DNA of 64,000 nt, taken from positions 20,841-84,840 of the forward strand of contig JBFWPK010000014.1 in the NCBI GenBank assembly GCA_050250045.1, given 5' to 3'. The notes beneath the pieces were generated by a model, which saw only the letters and a list, made by a program, of their open reading frames with translations, was not told the origin of the DNA and did no database searches. The translations under genes were made by a program, and so were the position numbers. Each line of letters begins with the position of its first letter. Position 1 is the first letter of the stretch. Positions 25,841-35,119 of the stretch are shown here, piece after piece. This DNA comes from Pyrinomonadaceae bacterium (GTDB lineage Bacteria; Acidobacteriota; Blastocatellia; Pyrinomonadales; Pyrinomonadaceae).

Positions 25841-26674
25841 TTACAAATGGATAGTGGATAGTGTTTGAGCCAACAGAATCGGGCGGCTTGGAGCACAGTC
25901 GGACTCGAACGGGGCGATCTGGAGGTTCAGCAGGTATTCGCCGTCCGGGACTTCGTTCGGAGCGTAGATCAGTTCGGTAATTGTACTGGTCTTTCTGGTT
26001 TCCGCATTTGTTTCAAAACCCCCTTCGTCAACTTTCCAAAACAGTCGGTGATTTAGGAGCTTGCCGTCATCGAAAATGCGGTCGATCGAAGGCAGATCGG
26101 TGAGCAAATGTTTGATCCCGATCTCGACGATATAACTCATCGCGTCCATCGCAAAATATGGCGGAATATACGACTCGCCGTATTCTCTTGTCAGCTTGGA
26201 ATCGTCGTTTGGAAGCGTGCGGATGACTAAGGCCCTGTCGGTCGCGATGGACTTGTGATCGCCGCGTTCAAAGAACCCAGTCGCTACCGCTCCCGGTTCT
26301 GACAGGGCCGATTCGAGCACCTTTCGGGTTAACACGCTTTCGCCGTCGATCTTTTCTGGTGAGACCGAAACAAGCCGGGCGGGCATTAGCACATCGGGCA
26401 GACAATCGCGGACGGAAATTCGTGCGTGCGTGATGTGGCCGACGCATTCTGTGTGCGTGCCGCTGCAGTGCGGGATGAAAGCGTATTGTTCAAAATTAAC
26501 GCTGCCGCCCCGCCGAGTGTCACCGATCAGCGTTCCGGCTTCGACGGGTTTAGAGGCCGCTCGTTCGACGCCGTAAGCATTCGGCTGCGGCCCGTTGAAA
26601 CGGAGCGGGATCGAGATGTCGATAGGGTCATTCAGATCGTAACTTTTACCGTTGAATTGCAGTGAATTGTTCAT
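25841..26674 (-). CDS. cyclase-family protein, candidate kynurenine formamidase
   Basis: 277 aa. Cyclase-type metal motif region HCSGTHTECVGH. Adjacent to kmo/kynU. Contains a family A repeat in frame. Confidence 0.65.
   Translation of the reverse strand: MNNSLQFNGKSYDLNDPIDISIPLRFNGPQPNAYGVERAASKPVEAGTLIGDTRRGGSVNFEQYAFIPHCSGTHTECVGHITHARISVRDCLPDVLMPARLVSVSPEKIDGESVLTRKVLESALSEPGAVATGFFERGDHKSIATDRALVIRTLPNDDSKLTREYGESYIPPYFAMDAMSYIVEIGIKHLLTDLPSIDRIFDDGKLLNHRLFWKVDEGGFETNAETRKTSTITELIYAPNEVPDGEYLLNLQIAPFESDCAPSRPILLAQTLSTIHL
26283..26313. repeat. family A element inside the cyclase gene
   Basis: GAACCCAGTCGCTACCGCTCCCGGTTCTGAC, translated as SEPGAVATGF. Confidence 0.9.
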
Positions 26675-26755
26675 CAGGAACTTTGCGCATTAGCACCTCA
26701 TACGGACACCGGGGTTTGAGGAGACACTCAGTTTCTGTGATCCAATCTTAGACGT

Positions 26756-27088
26756 CTAAGACTTCAACATCTTCCAGATTTCGGCATCGACTTTTTCCAT
26801 ATCATCATTGGATAGCCTGCCGAGTGTTTTCAGAATTCGTTTCTTGTCAATGGAGCTCATCTGAAAGATCATAACAACGGATGTCAAATCCAAGCCGTTT
26901 TCTGCTGACGGCTCGATCTGAACAGTGAAATTGAAGCGGATCGCGTTTCGGTTTGACGTAATCGGTGCAATCATTAACATCGGTTCGCCTGCGATGTCCG
27001 TCTGAACGGCGACGGCCGGCCGGCGACCGCTTTGTTCGCGCTTGTCACTCGGCGGCAATCCAACGAGTAACACGTCGCCGCGCGCCAT
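26756..27088 (-). CDS. MazF/PemK-family type II toxin
   Basis: MARGDVLLVGLPPSDKREQSGRRPAVAVQTD...MIAPITSN. About 110 aa from the ATG at 27088. Confidence 0.8.
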   Translation of the reverse strand: MARGDVLLVGLPPSDKREQSGRRPAVAVQTDIAGEPMLMIAPITSNRNAIRFNFTVQIEPSAENGLDLTSVVMIFQMSSIDKKRILKTLGRLSNDDMEKVDAEIWKMLKS

Positions 27089-27309
27089 TAATTGTCCTCC
27101 TCCAGAGTTGCTTCGAAGCGGGTATAATCTTGTTCGCTCGCAGCTTCCCATTGGGCGAACTCAGCAAGCATATCTTCGTCCGCGTCAGTCTCTATCGTAA
27201 TGCGGACTCGTTCATGCTCTTTCAGTTCTCGCGGCACGGTGGAAAGCGGTTTGAAAATGCCGTTTTCGTAAATTGCCTCTACCGTAGTCATATTTCCAGA
27301 TTTTATCAT
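27088..27309 (-). CDS. DUF104-type antitoxin
   Basis: MTTVEAIYENGIFKPLSTVPRELKEHERVRITIE. Its stop overlaps the toxin start. The true start may be 27291. Confidence 0.65.
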   Translation of the reverse strand: MIKSGNMTTVEAIYENGIFKPLSTVPRELKEHERVRITIETDADEDMLAEFAQWEAASEQDYTRFEATLEEDN

Positions 27310-27674
27310 AGGTTTTGGTGCTCGTCGTTGGTGATGTTCGTCTGATTTGAGTCGGCTGGATGAGAAAACTCCACGATCAATTCGCTATTGACCTCAAAAA
27401 TTGTTTTTCCATTTAGCGATTCGATTCCCCAAGGCTTTTTTGTATCAACTCGCGTAGTCAGTGGATTCTGCATAGTCGGTTTATTGAGAACTTCGCAACC
27501 AAGGACTCCATCTACGGGATATTCACTATTTCGATCTAAATTTTCAATGGAAAAGATCGCATCTTTGTCACGGAAAACGTCAACAAATCCACTTGCGTCG
27601 CGGAATTCGCACTCAACAAAGCTAGGACCCGTATCGTCAATACATCTGGTTATACTTACTTTTATCCCAAACAT
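27306..27674 (-). CDS. hypothetical protein
   Basis: 122 aa. AT-richer. Overlaps the kmo stop by 13 nt. No family recognised. Confidence 0.45.
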   Translation of the reverse strand: MFGIKVSITRCIDDTGPSFVECEFRDASGFVDVFRDKDAIFSIENLDRNSEYPVDGVLGCEVLNKPTMQNPLTTRVDTKKPWGIESLNGKTIFEVNSELIVEFSHPADSNQTNITNDEHQNL

Positions 27675-29131
27675 TCGTCAATGTCCTTCAAATCTAGAAT
27701 CACTTCTTTGATATCTATTTCAGCCACGCTTTCAGTGTTCGCACAAACCTGCATTAAAAACCGATCCTGAGCGTTTCCTTTTTCTTTCGCTACAGAATAC
27801 GGCAGATCTTCGCGGAATGTGACCATCGAATATTTCGAGAAATAGTCGGGAAAGGTTTGCTCCAGTTTCGTTTCGAGTTCGCGTTTACGTTGGAAAACCG
27901 GGTCGGCGGTGGCATCTCGCATTTCGTAGAAATTTTCCTCGGCCATGTCGGCTATGGCATCCGTATTTATCTTGCGTAGTTGGCCGTACTTTTCGAACAC
28001 AAATTCCCAATCAACTATAGGCCCAGTCGCTACCGCTCCCGGTTGTGACAAGAGCGAGTCGAGCACGCGGACGTCTTCAAAGGCGCAGTTCATCCCCTGT
28101 CCGTAGAACGGAACGACGGCGTGGGCCGAATCGCCGAGGAGCAGCACCTTGCCTTCGACGTTCCACGGCCAGCATTTAACGGTGCCCAGGTTGCCGGTCG
28201 GGTTGGTGAAGAAGTCTTCGACAAGCGTCGGCATGAGCGGAACGGCGTCGGGGAATTCGCGGGTGAAGAACTCTCTCAGCGAAGACTCATCGTTAAGGTC
28301 CTCGAACGACGGCTCGAAGGCGGAAACACGAGCGGTAGTGAGTGTGTCGTCCGCGGGCGACGCAGAAGAGACACCCTCGCTACCGCTCAGGTTTCCGCCT
28401 GTGTGGGCAAGGAACAGCGTGCAGGTGAAGCTGCCGTCGAAATTCGGCAGGGCGATCATCATGAACTTGTGCCGGGGCCAGATGTGGAGGGCGTTTTTTT
28501 CGAGTTGAAATAGATCTTTGTTCGACCCCGGCAGGACGCCGGCGTTCCGGGGAGGAATGTGAAGTTCCTTGTATCCGTGTTCGAGAAAAACCTGCGACCA
28601 CTGAAATTCAGGCAGATCGCGTTCCATCGCATCGCGTACCGCCGAACCGGCGCCGTCGGTCGCGATAACAGTGTCTCCACGGATCGTTCGACCGCTTGCA
28701 AACGACACTTCGCCGCTGGCAAGGTGGAAATCGGTACAGCGTTCGTTAAAAATAAACTGAACATTCGGATATTTCTCGGCCTCATTCATCAGAGCGATAT
28801 TCAGGCCGGCACGTGAGACCGAATTTATGTATTCGCCTTTGCGGCCGCTGTAGGGGAGCAGTTTTGTTTCGCCAGTCAACGTGTGGATCATTCGCCCGTA
28901 CATCGGCACGGCCTCGGCCAGCATGTATTCATCCATCCCGACCGCGCGCAACGCCGCGATGCCGCGGTCGGACAGAGCGAGATTGATCGAACGCCCGGCA
29001 GCAATAGCTTCGGTTCGCATATCAGGCCGCGCCTCAAAGACGTTGACCGCCATGCCGCGACGAGCGAGATAGATCGCGAGCAGCGAACCTGCAAGCCCAG
29101 CACCAATGATAATCACTCTTTGCTCAGGCAT
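27662..29131 (-). CDS. kmo: kynurenine 3-monooxygenase
   Basis: 489 aa. FAD motif IIGAGLAGSLLAIYLARRG, then DGAGSAVR and LLGDSAHAVVPFYGQGMNCAFED. Carries two in-frame repeat insertions. Confidence 0.92.
   Translation of the reverse strand: MPEQRVIIIGAGLAGSLLAIYLARRGMAVNVFEARPDMRTEAIAAGRSINLALSDRGIAALRAVGMDEYMLAEAVPMYGRMIHTLTGETKLLPYSGRKGEYINSVSRAGLNIALMNEAEKYPNVQFIFNERCTDFHLASGEVSFASGRTIRGDTVIATDGAGSAVRDAMERDLPEFQWSQVFLEHGYKELHIPPRNAGVLPGSNKDLFQLEKNALHIWPRHKFMMIALPNFDGSFTCTLFLAHTGGNLSGSEGVSSASPADDTLTTARVSAFEPSFEDLNDESSLREFFTREFPDAVPLMPTLVEDFFTNPTGNLGTVKCWPWNVEGKVLLLGDSAHAVVPFYGQGMNCAFEDVRVLDSLLSQPGAVATGPIVDWEFVFEKYGQLRKINTDAIADMAEENFYEMRDATADPVFQRKRELETKLEQTFPDYFSKYSMVTFREDLPYSVAKEKGNAQDRFLMQVCANTESVAEIDIKEVILDLKDIDECLG
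28020..28049. repeat. family A element inside kmo
   Basis: GGCCCAGTCGCTACCGCTCCCGGTTGTGAC, translated as QPGAVATGPI. Confidence 0.85.
28319..28399. repeat. family B inverted doublet (81 bp) inside kmo
   Basis: GGCGGAAACACGAGCGGTAGTGAGTGTGTC - 22 nt - ACACCCTCGCTACCGCTCAGGTTTCCGCC. Encodes residues 245-271 (GGNLSGSEGVSSASPADDTLTTARVSA). Confidence 0.88.
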
Positions 29132-29140
29132 CGGTATTTA

Positions 29141-29221
29141 GGCAGAAACACGACCGGTAGGGAGTGTGTCGCTTCCTTTTTCGCCGTCACGGGCACACTC
29201 GCTACCGCTCGTGTTTCCGCC
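29141..29221. repeat. family B inverted doublet in the kynU-kmo intergenic spacer
   Basis: GGCAGAAACACGACCGGTAGGGAGTGTGTC (29141-29170) - 23 nt - CACACTCGCTACCGCTCGTGTTTCCGCC (29194-29221). Confidence 0.88.
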
Positions 29222-29226
29222 TCCCA

Positions 29227-30573
29227 TCACACGCATTCTTTAAGAATCTCTGCGAATTTATTTACATCGCCGAAAGAATTATACAGCGGCACGGGCGCGA
29301 CGCGGATAACGTCCGGTTCGCGCCAGTCGGCGAAAACGCCGCGTGCCGTTATCGCGTCGAACAGAGTTTTGTCCGCATTCTTTACGCGGATGGAAAGCTG
29401 ACAGCCGCGTGCCTTTGGGTCGGAGGGCGTGATGATCGAGATCCGTTCATTGCCTATTTCGTTGATCAGCGATTCCAGATAGCCGGTGAGCTTTTCGGAT
29501 TTTGTTCTTAGGGCCGGCATTCCGGCCTCATCGAAGATCTCCAGCGAAGCACGCAGCGCGGCGAGTTGAAAAATTGGTGGATTAGAGATCTGCCAGCCTT
29601 CCGCGCCTTCAAGCGGTTTGAATTCAGGCCCCATCAGAAAGCGCGTTTCCTTGTCGTGTCCCCACCAGCCGGCGAAACGCGGCAAATCGAACGAATGAGC
29701 ATGGCGTTCGTGTACAAAGATGCCAGCGATGCCGCCCGGACCGGCGTTTAGATATTTGTACGAGCACCACGCGGCGAAATCGACGTTCCAATCGTGCAGC
29801 TTCAGTTCGAGATTGCCTGCCGCGTGCGCACAGTCAAAGCCGACGACGCAGCCTTTGCGATGTCCCGCCTCGGTTATCGCCCGCATATCGAATGCCTGGC
29901 CGGTGTAATAATTGACGCCGCCGAGCAGGATCAAGGCGACGGCATCGCCTTCGCGGCCGATAGTTTCGAGTATGTCATCGGTCCGCAATGTCGATTCACC
30001 GTCGCGCGGTGCGAGTTCGATCAACGAGTCAGAACCGGGAACGATGGCGACTGGGTTCCCTGATGGCGTGGAATCGAAAAACCCAGTCGCTATCGCTCCC
30101 GGTCCTGACATGGGCGCCGTCTTGTAGCCGTGGAAGGCCAACTGTGACTCTACGGCGTACTGATCGGAAGGGAACGCGCCTTTTTCGATGATGATCTTGT
30201 AACGCGCGCGCGTTGGTCTATAAAACGAGATCATCAGTAGGTGCAGATTGACCGTCAGTGAATTCATCGCAACGACCTCGCCTGCTTTTGCACCTACAAG
30301 CCGCGCTAACGGTTCGGTGACGAATTCATGATAGGGAAGCCATGGATGCCTGGCATGCAAATGCCCTTCCACCGCAAGTTCTGCCCAGTCATCGAGTTCC
30401 TGTTCGATATAAACGCGTGCTGTTTTGGGCTGGAGGCCAAGGGAGTTGCCGGTTAGGTAAACAGCCTCATTGCCGTCAACTCCGCGCGGAAAGTGAAAAC
30501 GGCTGCGAAAAGGCGCAAGAAGATCGCCGGCGTCCATTTCAGCAGCGGGTTTGAGTATCTGTTCAGGCATCAC
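29227..30573 (-). CDS. kynU: kynureninase
   Basis: 448 aa. YLTGNSLGLQPK and WCSYKYLNAGPG (PLP lysine region). Carries an in-frame family A doublet. Confidence 0.93.
   Translation of the reverse strand: MMPEQILKPAAEMDAGDLLAPFRSRFHFPRGVDGNEAVYLTGNSLGLQPKTARVYIEQELDDWAELAVEGHLHARHPWLPYHEFVTEPLARLVGAKAGEVVAMNSLTVNLHLLMISFYRPTRARYKIIIEKGAFPSDQYAVESQLAFHGYKTAPMSGPGAIATGFFDSTPSGNPVAIVPGSDSLIELAPRDGESTLRTDDILETIGREGDAVALILLGGVNYYTGQAFDMRAITEAGHRKGCVVGFDCAHAAGNLELKLHDWNVDFAAWCSYKYLNAGPGGIAGIFVHERHAHSFDLPRFAGWWGHDKETRFLMGPEFKPLEGAEGWQISNPPIFQLAALRASLEIFDEAGMPALRTKSEKLTGYLESLINEIGNERISIITPSDPKARGCQLSIRVKNADKTLFDAITARGVFADWREPDVIRVAPVPLYNSFGDVNKFAEILKECV
30028..30109. repeat. family A inverted doublet (82 bp) inside kynU
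   Basis: GTCAGAACCGGGAACGATGGCGACTGGGTTC - 20 nt - AAACCCAGTCGCTATCGCTCCCGGTCCTGAC. Translated as GPGAIATGFFDSTPSGNPVAIVPGSD. Confidence 0.9.
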
Positions 30574-30578
30574 GTTAT

Positions 30579-31589
30579 TCAGACGAATTGGGACCGATCC
30601 AGATCAAGCCAGTTGAGCGCCGCTCCGTGGAGCAGCATCGCCTTTGTTTCGTCATCGTACAACATTGAGTCAATAAGCTTTCCCGGTTCGAGCTCGCCAA
30701 GCGGAAAGGGATAGTCCGTGCCGAGCATAACCTGGTCCGCCCCGGCGAGCTTAATCAAAAAATCGAGCGCGGCCGGTTCGTGTACGAGCGAATCGAAAAA
30801 CATACGGCCCAGATATTTGCTGGGCCTGTGCGGGTTGTCGACGGCGCACAGGTCGGGCCGGACGTCGAAGCCGTGATCGATGCGCCCCAGGGTTGCGGGA
30901 AACGATCCGCCGCCGTGGGCGAAGCAGATGCGAAGATTCGGACACTTCTCCAACGTGCCCGAGAATATCAATGAACAGATCGCACGCGAAGTTTCCGCCG
31001 GCATTCCGACAAGCCACGGGAGCCAGTATTTTTGCATTTCAGCCTGGCCCATCATTTCCCACGGATGGACAAAAACAGCCATGCCGAGATCTTCACAGGC
31101 TTTGAAAAATTCAAAAAACTGAGGCTCGCCAAGATTTAGTTGATTGACGTTAGTCCCGATCTGAACGCCCGCCATGCCGATCCGTTTACAGTGCTCAAGC
31201 TCCTTGATAGCGAGTTGAGTGTCCTGCAACGGGACCATTCCAAGCCCGACAAATCGCGTTGGGAATTCGCTGACAGATTCGGCGATATTCTCATTCAGAA
31301 ATCTTGCGATCGCCGCTCCGTCATCCGGTTTCGCCCAGTAGCTGAACATCACGGGCACGGTCGAAAGCACCTGCACATTTACTCCGAAGCCGTCACATTC
31401 CTCGATCCTTTTTCCGGCGCTCCAGCAGTTGTCCTCGATCTCGCGAAAAAAGTGGCCGTCGTCTTTCAGCATCCGCGCGCACCCTGGGCCGGTATGTTCA
31501 AGCTGGATAAATCCGCCGTAACCAAACTTGTCTTTCCAATTCGGAATATCTTTCGGAAGGATGTGCGTATGAACATCGATCTTTAGCAT
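30579..31589 (-). CDS. 2-amino-3-carboxymuconate-6-semialdehyde decarboxylase (amidohydrolase_2 family)
   Basis: 336 aa. MLKIDVHTHILPKDIPNWKDKFGYGGFIQLEH closely mirrors the animal/bacterial ACMSD N-terminus. Confidence 0.88.
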   Translation of the reverse strand: MLKIDVHTHILPKDIPNWKDKFGYGGFIQLEHTGPGCARMLKDDGHFFREIEDNCWSAGKRIEECDGFGVNVQVLSTVPVMFSYWAKPDDGAAIARFLNENIAESVSEFPTRFVGLGMVPLQDTQLAIKELEHCKRIGMAGVQIGTNVNQLNLGEPQFFEFFKACEDLGMAVFVHPWEMMGQAEMQKYWLPWLVGMPAETSRAICSLIFSGTLEKCPNLRICFAHGGGSFPATLGRIDHGFDVRPDLCAVDNPHRPSKYLGRMFFDSLVHEPAALDFLIKLAGADQVMLGTDYPFPLGELEPGKLIDSMLYDDETKAMLLHGAALNWLDLDRSQFV

Positions 31590-31755
31590 TTGATGTATTC
31601 TACCGAAAAAGAAGCGGAAAGAAATCTTGCCGCGAGCAAGAACGAAGTTTTCCCGGGCGATCGGCCCCTAACAATTGCCAGAGCGTTAGCAAATGCGTGC
31701 GCAAGGCGTTATCATGCATTTATCCCGCCAATCAGTATCTATTTAGGAGAGGTCA

Positions 31756-33714
31756 ATGAGAAATTCATTCCGTAAGTATCTCGCATTTGTCGCAGCGGCT
31801 TTTGTTTTAGCTTCGACTGTTTTCGCTCAACCGCCCTCGACGGGCGATGTAGAACTGAGGGCACGGCGAAACGCGATCGAGGCCGAGCTGCAATCGGTAG
31901 CTGTTGTCGAGCGCAAAGTGATGGTGACGATGCGTGACGGGAAGCGGATGCAGGCCGATATCTATCGTCCGAAAGACGAAAGCACGAAATACCCGACGAT
32001 CTTTTCGCGGACGCCGTATAACTTTAATTGGTGGGACGTGCGGCTTGGTGCTCCGCGGGATATGACGACGGTGCTTGATGCGGTGAAGCGCGGCTATGCC
32101 TACGTGATAATGAATGAGCGGGGACACTTTTTCTCCGAGGGGAATTACGACATTCTCGGGCCGCCGCTGACCGACGGCGAGGACGCGATCAGGTACATTA
32201 CGACGCAGCCGTGGTCGAACGGCAAGCTAGGCACGATCGGCTGTTCGTCCACCGCCGAGTGGCAAATGGCCGTCGCCGCTCAGGATGTGCCCGGTTATAC
32301 GGCGATGATCGCGCAAGGGTTCGGCGCTGGTGTCGGGCGCGTTGGGCCGTATTACGAGCAGGGAAATTGGTATCGCGGCGGTGCGGTGCAGATGCTTTTT
32401 ATCGCGTGGATTTACGGCCAGCAGAATCAGGTCCGCCCGATGTTCCCGGCTAACACTTCGCAGGAAGATCTGATCCGAGCGTCAAAATCTTTCGACCTTG
32501 CACAACAGCTTCCCCGCGTTGATTGGTCAAAAGCTCTGCGGCATTTGCCGGTCAAAGACATCATCAAGGCGGTTGACGGGCCGCGCGGGATCTTCGCCGA
32601 CGAGATGCCGGTCGCGACCGGCGGGGCGATGATCAAGCGCGCGCCGAACGATCCGGCGTGGTACAAAGGCGGCCTTTTTCACGACAACATGAAGATCAAC
32701 ATTCCGGGTTTTTGGTTCATGTCGTGGTACGACGTTTCGACCGGACCAAACCTCGCCTTGTATAACCATGTTCGAAAAACCGCGCGGCCAGAGATCGCAG
32801 ACCAGCAATACGCCGTCATCGCTCCGACGCTGCATTGCAGCTACACGCGGGCGACCGAGAACACGGTCGTCGGCGAGCGGAGCATGGGCGATGCCCGACT
32901 CAATTACAGCGAGCTGACCTATGGCTGGTTCGATTATTTTCTGAAGGGCCACAGCGAAGGCAACGACATTAAGGCATGGCCAAAGGTGCGTTATTTTACG
33001 ATGGGCAGCAACAAATGGCAGGCCGCCGAGCAATGGCCGCCGGCTGGAGCCGAGCCGATGACGTTCTACCTTTCAAGCGGCGGTAAGGCGAACAGCCTGA
33101 AGGGTGACGGAGCGTTGGCTGCCGCACCGCCTGCTTCGGACGCTCCTGACCGGTTTACTTACGACCCGATGGACCCTGTCCCGTCATACGGCGGAAACGT
33201 TTGCTGCACCGGCAACGCGGTCCAGGGTGGTGCGTTCGACCAGACAAAGATGGAAGAACGCAGCGACATCCTGGTTTACACGACGGACGTTTTGAAGGAA
33301 GGATTCGAACTTAGCGGCCCGATCGATGTAACGCTCTTTGTTTCATCGAGCGCGAAAGATACTGATTTCACCGTAAAGCTTATCGATGTGGACGAGAACG
33401 GCAAGGCATGGAACCTCGACGAGACCATCCAGCGTATGCGTTACCGCGACGGCTACGACAAACCGCTCGCGTGGATGGAGCCAAATAAGGTCTATAAATT
33501 CAAGTTCCAGCCGATGACCACAAGCAACTACTTCGCCGCCGGCCACCGTCTACGGATCGAAATATCATCAAGCAATTTCCCCCGCTTTGACCGCAATATG
33601 AACACCGGCGGCGACAATTACAGCGAGACAAAAGGCATCATCGCGAACAACGCGGTACATCACTCGAAGCAATATCCATCGTCGGTGACGATATCTGTTG
33701 TGAAGAAGAAATAA
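31756..33714 (+). CDS. CocE/NonD-family hydrolase (S15 X-Pro dipeptidyl-peptidase-like), secreted
   Basis: 652 aa. Signal peptide. [23 protein letters not shown] and GCSSTAEW nucleophile elbow. Confidence 0.88.
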   Translation: MRNSFRKYLAFVAAAFVLASTVFAQPPSTGDVELRARRNAIEAELQSVAVVERKVMVTMRDGKRMQADIYRPKDESTKYPTIFSRTPYNFNWWDVRLGAPRDMTTVLDAVKRGYAYVIMNERGHFFSEGNYDILGPPLTDGEDAIRYITTQPWSNGKLGTIGCSSTAEWQMAVAAQDVPGYTAMIAQGFGAGVGRVGPYYEQGNWYRGGAVQMLFIAWIYGQQNQVRPMFPANTSQEDLIRASKSFDLAQQLPRVDWSKALRHLPVKDIIKAVDGPRGIFADEMPVATGGAMIKRAPNDPAWYKGGLFHDNMKINIPGFWFMSWYDVSTGPNLALYNHVRKTARPEIADQQYAVIAPTLHCSYTRATENTVVGERSMGDARLNYSELTYGWFDYFLKGHSEGNDIKAWPKVRYFTMGSNKWQAAEQWPPAGAEPMTFYLSSGGKANSLKGDGALAAAPPASDAPDRFTYDPMDPVPSYGGNVCCTGNAVQGGAFDQTKMEERSDILVYTTDVLKEGFELSGPIDVTLFVSSSAKDTDFTVKLIDVDENGKAWNLDETIQRMRYRDGYDKPLAWMEPNKVYKFKFQPMTTSNYFAAGHRLRIEISSSNFPRFDRNMNTGGDNYSETKGIIANNAVHHSKQYPSSVTISVVKKK

Positions 33715-33722
33715 AAAGATTT

Positions 33723-33796
33723 TGCAGAAGCCCGCACGAAGTAAGGGCGAAATGCGAGGTTGAACGTATCGCCCTTACTTCGTGCGGGCTTCTGCA
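33723..33796. repeat. family C palindromic element
   Basis: TGCAGAAGCCCGCACGAAGTAAGGGCGAAAT ... TATCGCCCTTACTTCGTGCGGGCTTCTGCA, 9 nt after the CocE stop. Could act as a terminator. Confidence 0.85.
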
Positions 33797-33957
33797 TCGC
33801 TGACTTTTAAATGGTCTTGCGCTCGGTTATTCGACGAGATCATTCTATTGTCGGATTCGATTTTTGCTTTCCTCAAAGCAAGACACAGATCGCGCAGGTC
33901 GCTTGAACGTCGCAATCGTCGGGTAACCGCCTCAGATGACATATCAACGTTTTTCAT
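33775..33957 (-). CDS. small hypothetical protein, possible partner of the nucleotidyltransferase
   Basis: 60 aa. Overlaps the upstream gene by 14 nt. Its 3-prime end runs into the family C element. Confidence 0.35.
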   Translation of the reverse strand: MKNVDMSSEAVTRRLRRSSDLRDLCLALRKAKIESDNRMISSNNRAQDHLKVSDAEARTK

Positions 33958-34399
33958 TTTCCAACCTGTCGATGTCTGCCAGATCCTGCGGACGCGCGGA
34001 TTGTTTTTTCATCTTTATCAACCCTTCTCGTGAAACAACATAGAGCGAAAGTCCCATAAAGTCTATATGTTCGCGAGTGCTCCACACATCTTCGACGTGG
34101 GGCGTGACGAGAAGAAGGTCAAGCGAGATCACTTCACCGCCAACTACGGCAGAAACACGGCGAATCTCGACGGTCCGCTCCTTAAATGATATATCAAGAC
34201 CACGAATGTCGTAACCCACTTCCGCAGCAGCCGCGTAAGCCTGCTCGAGAGTTTCTTCGCGGATCAGAAAGTCGATGTCTTCGGTCGCCCTAATGAGGCC
34301 ATGAGCGGAAACCGCCAGGCCTCCGCAAAGCGCGAATTCGATCTCGTTCCTGTTAAACGATTCCACGATCAGCTGAAGTTGTTCGAAAATTACGGACAT
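33944..34399 (-). CDS. nucleotidyltransferase-fold protein (TA/Abi-like)
   Basis: 151 aa. FALCGGLAVSAHGLIRATEDIDFLI (G[GS]-x-DxD NTase signature). Confidence 0.6.
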   Translation of the reverse strand: MSVIFEQLQLIVESFNRNEIEFALCGGLAVSAHGLIRATEDIDFLIREETLEQAYAAAAEVGYDIRGLDISFKERTVEIRRVSAVVGGEVISLDLLLVTPHVEDVWSTREHIDFMGLSLYVVSREGLIKMKKQSARPQDLADIDRLENEKR

Positions 34400-34496
34400 C
34401 CCTGATCAGCTTATAACCGGTGCCGGCCCCATCACTGAACCGCATCGTTTCGAGTGCGAAGATGATCGGTGCCGTAGAATTGCGCATTCAAGCGAC

Positions 34497-34823
34497 TTAG
34501 ACCCCTTTCAGACTCTGCTTCAGTCGGCGAAGGATCTTTTTGTCCTTTAGCAGTTTTTCAATAGGATCATCCATGGGCATTGGGGTATCGATCTTTTCGC
34601 GTAGCGCCTGATTGATAAGTGTTTGATATCCTACCGAACCATTCTTTGTCTGCTTTTTGAAGTGGTCAACGATGTCCGCATCCAGGTAGATGGTGATGCG
34701 GTTCTTGCTTTTCCTGACGACTTTATCTACGAAAGCCGGCCGCGTGATCCGCCTTAGGCCTCGATCAGCAGCCTCCTTTGAAGTTTCGAGATATTTGTAG
34801 TCCCTACTTTTTGTATCGCTCAT
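34497..34823 (-). CDS. BrnA-type antitoxin (CopG/RHH C-terminus)
   Basis: 108 aa. Overlaps the brnT-like gene by 20 nt. RITIYLDADIVDHFK...GYQTLINQALRE. Confidence 0.75.
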   Translation of the reverse strand: MSDTKSRDYKYLETSKEAADRGLRRITRPAFVDKVVRKSKNRITIYLDADIVDHFKKQTKNGSVGYQTLINQALREKIDTPMPMDDPIEKLLKDKKILRRLKQSLKGV

Positions 34824-35031
34824 ACTCTTTCTTCATCCAATTTTCGGCCTTCCGGGCTGTGATCAGGCGAATATCGGTGTTCTCATATATGAATGTTACA
34901 TAGACCAAGCCATACTGAGATGAAAACGCGATAAGGTCAAATCGTGTCTCCTCATCGGTCGAATGTATTACGTCCTCGAAATAAACGCCATAAGCGTCGT
35001 CAAAAGCGTCGGTCAGCAGAGCAAAATCCAC
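34804..35031 (-). CDS. BrnT-type ribonuclease toxin (DUF497)
   Basis: GVYFEDV...RFDLIAF...IRLITARKA. Homology (FVWDKAKRQRVIREHRV) continues upstream of the GVG-annotated GTG to about 35073 with no ATG. Confidence 0.7.
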   Translation of the reverse strand: MDFALLTDAFDDAYGVYFEDVIHSTDEETRFDLIAFSSQYGLVYVTFIYENTDIRLITARKAENWMKKEYERYKK

Positions 35032-35119
35032 ACGATGCTCTCTGATGACTCTTTGGCGTTTTGCCTTGTCCCATACAAACAGAGGTTATATGTATAATAT
35101 ATGTATGTCAAGATAATTA

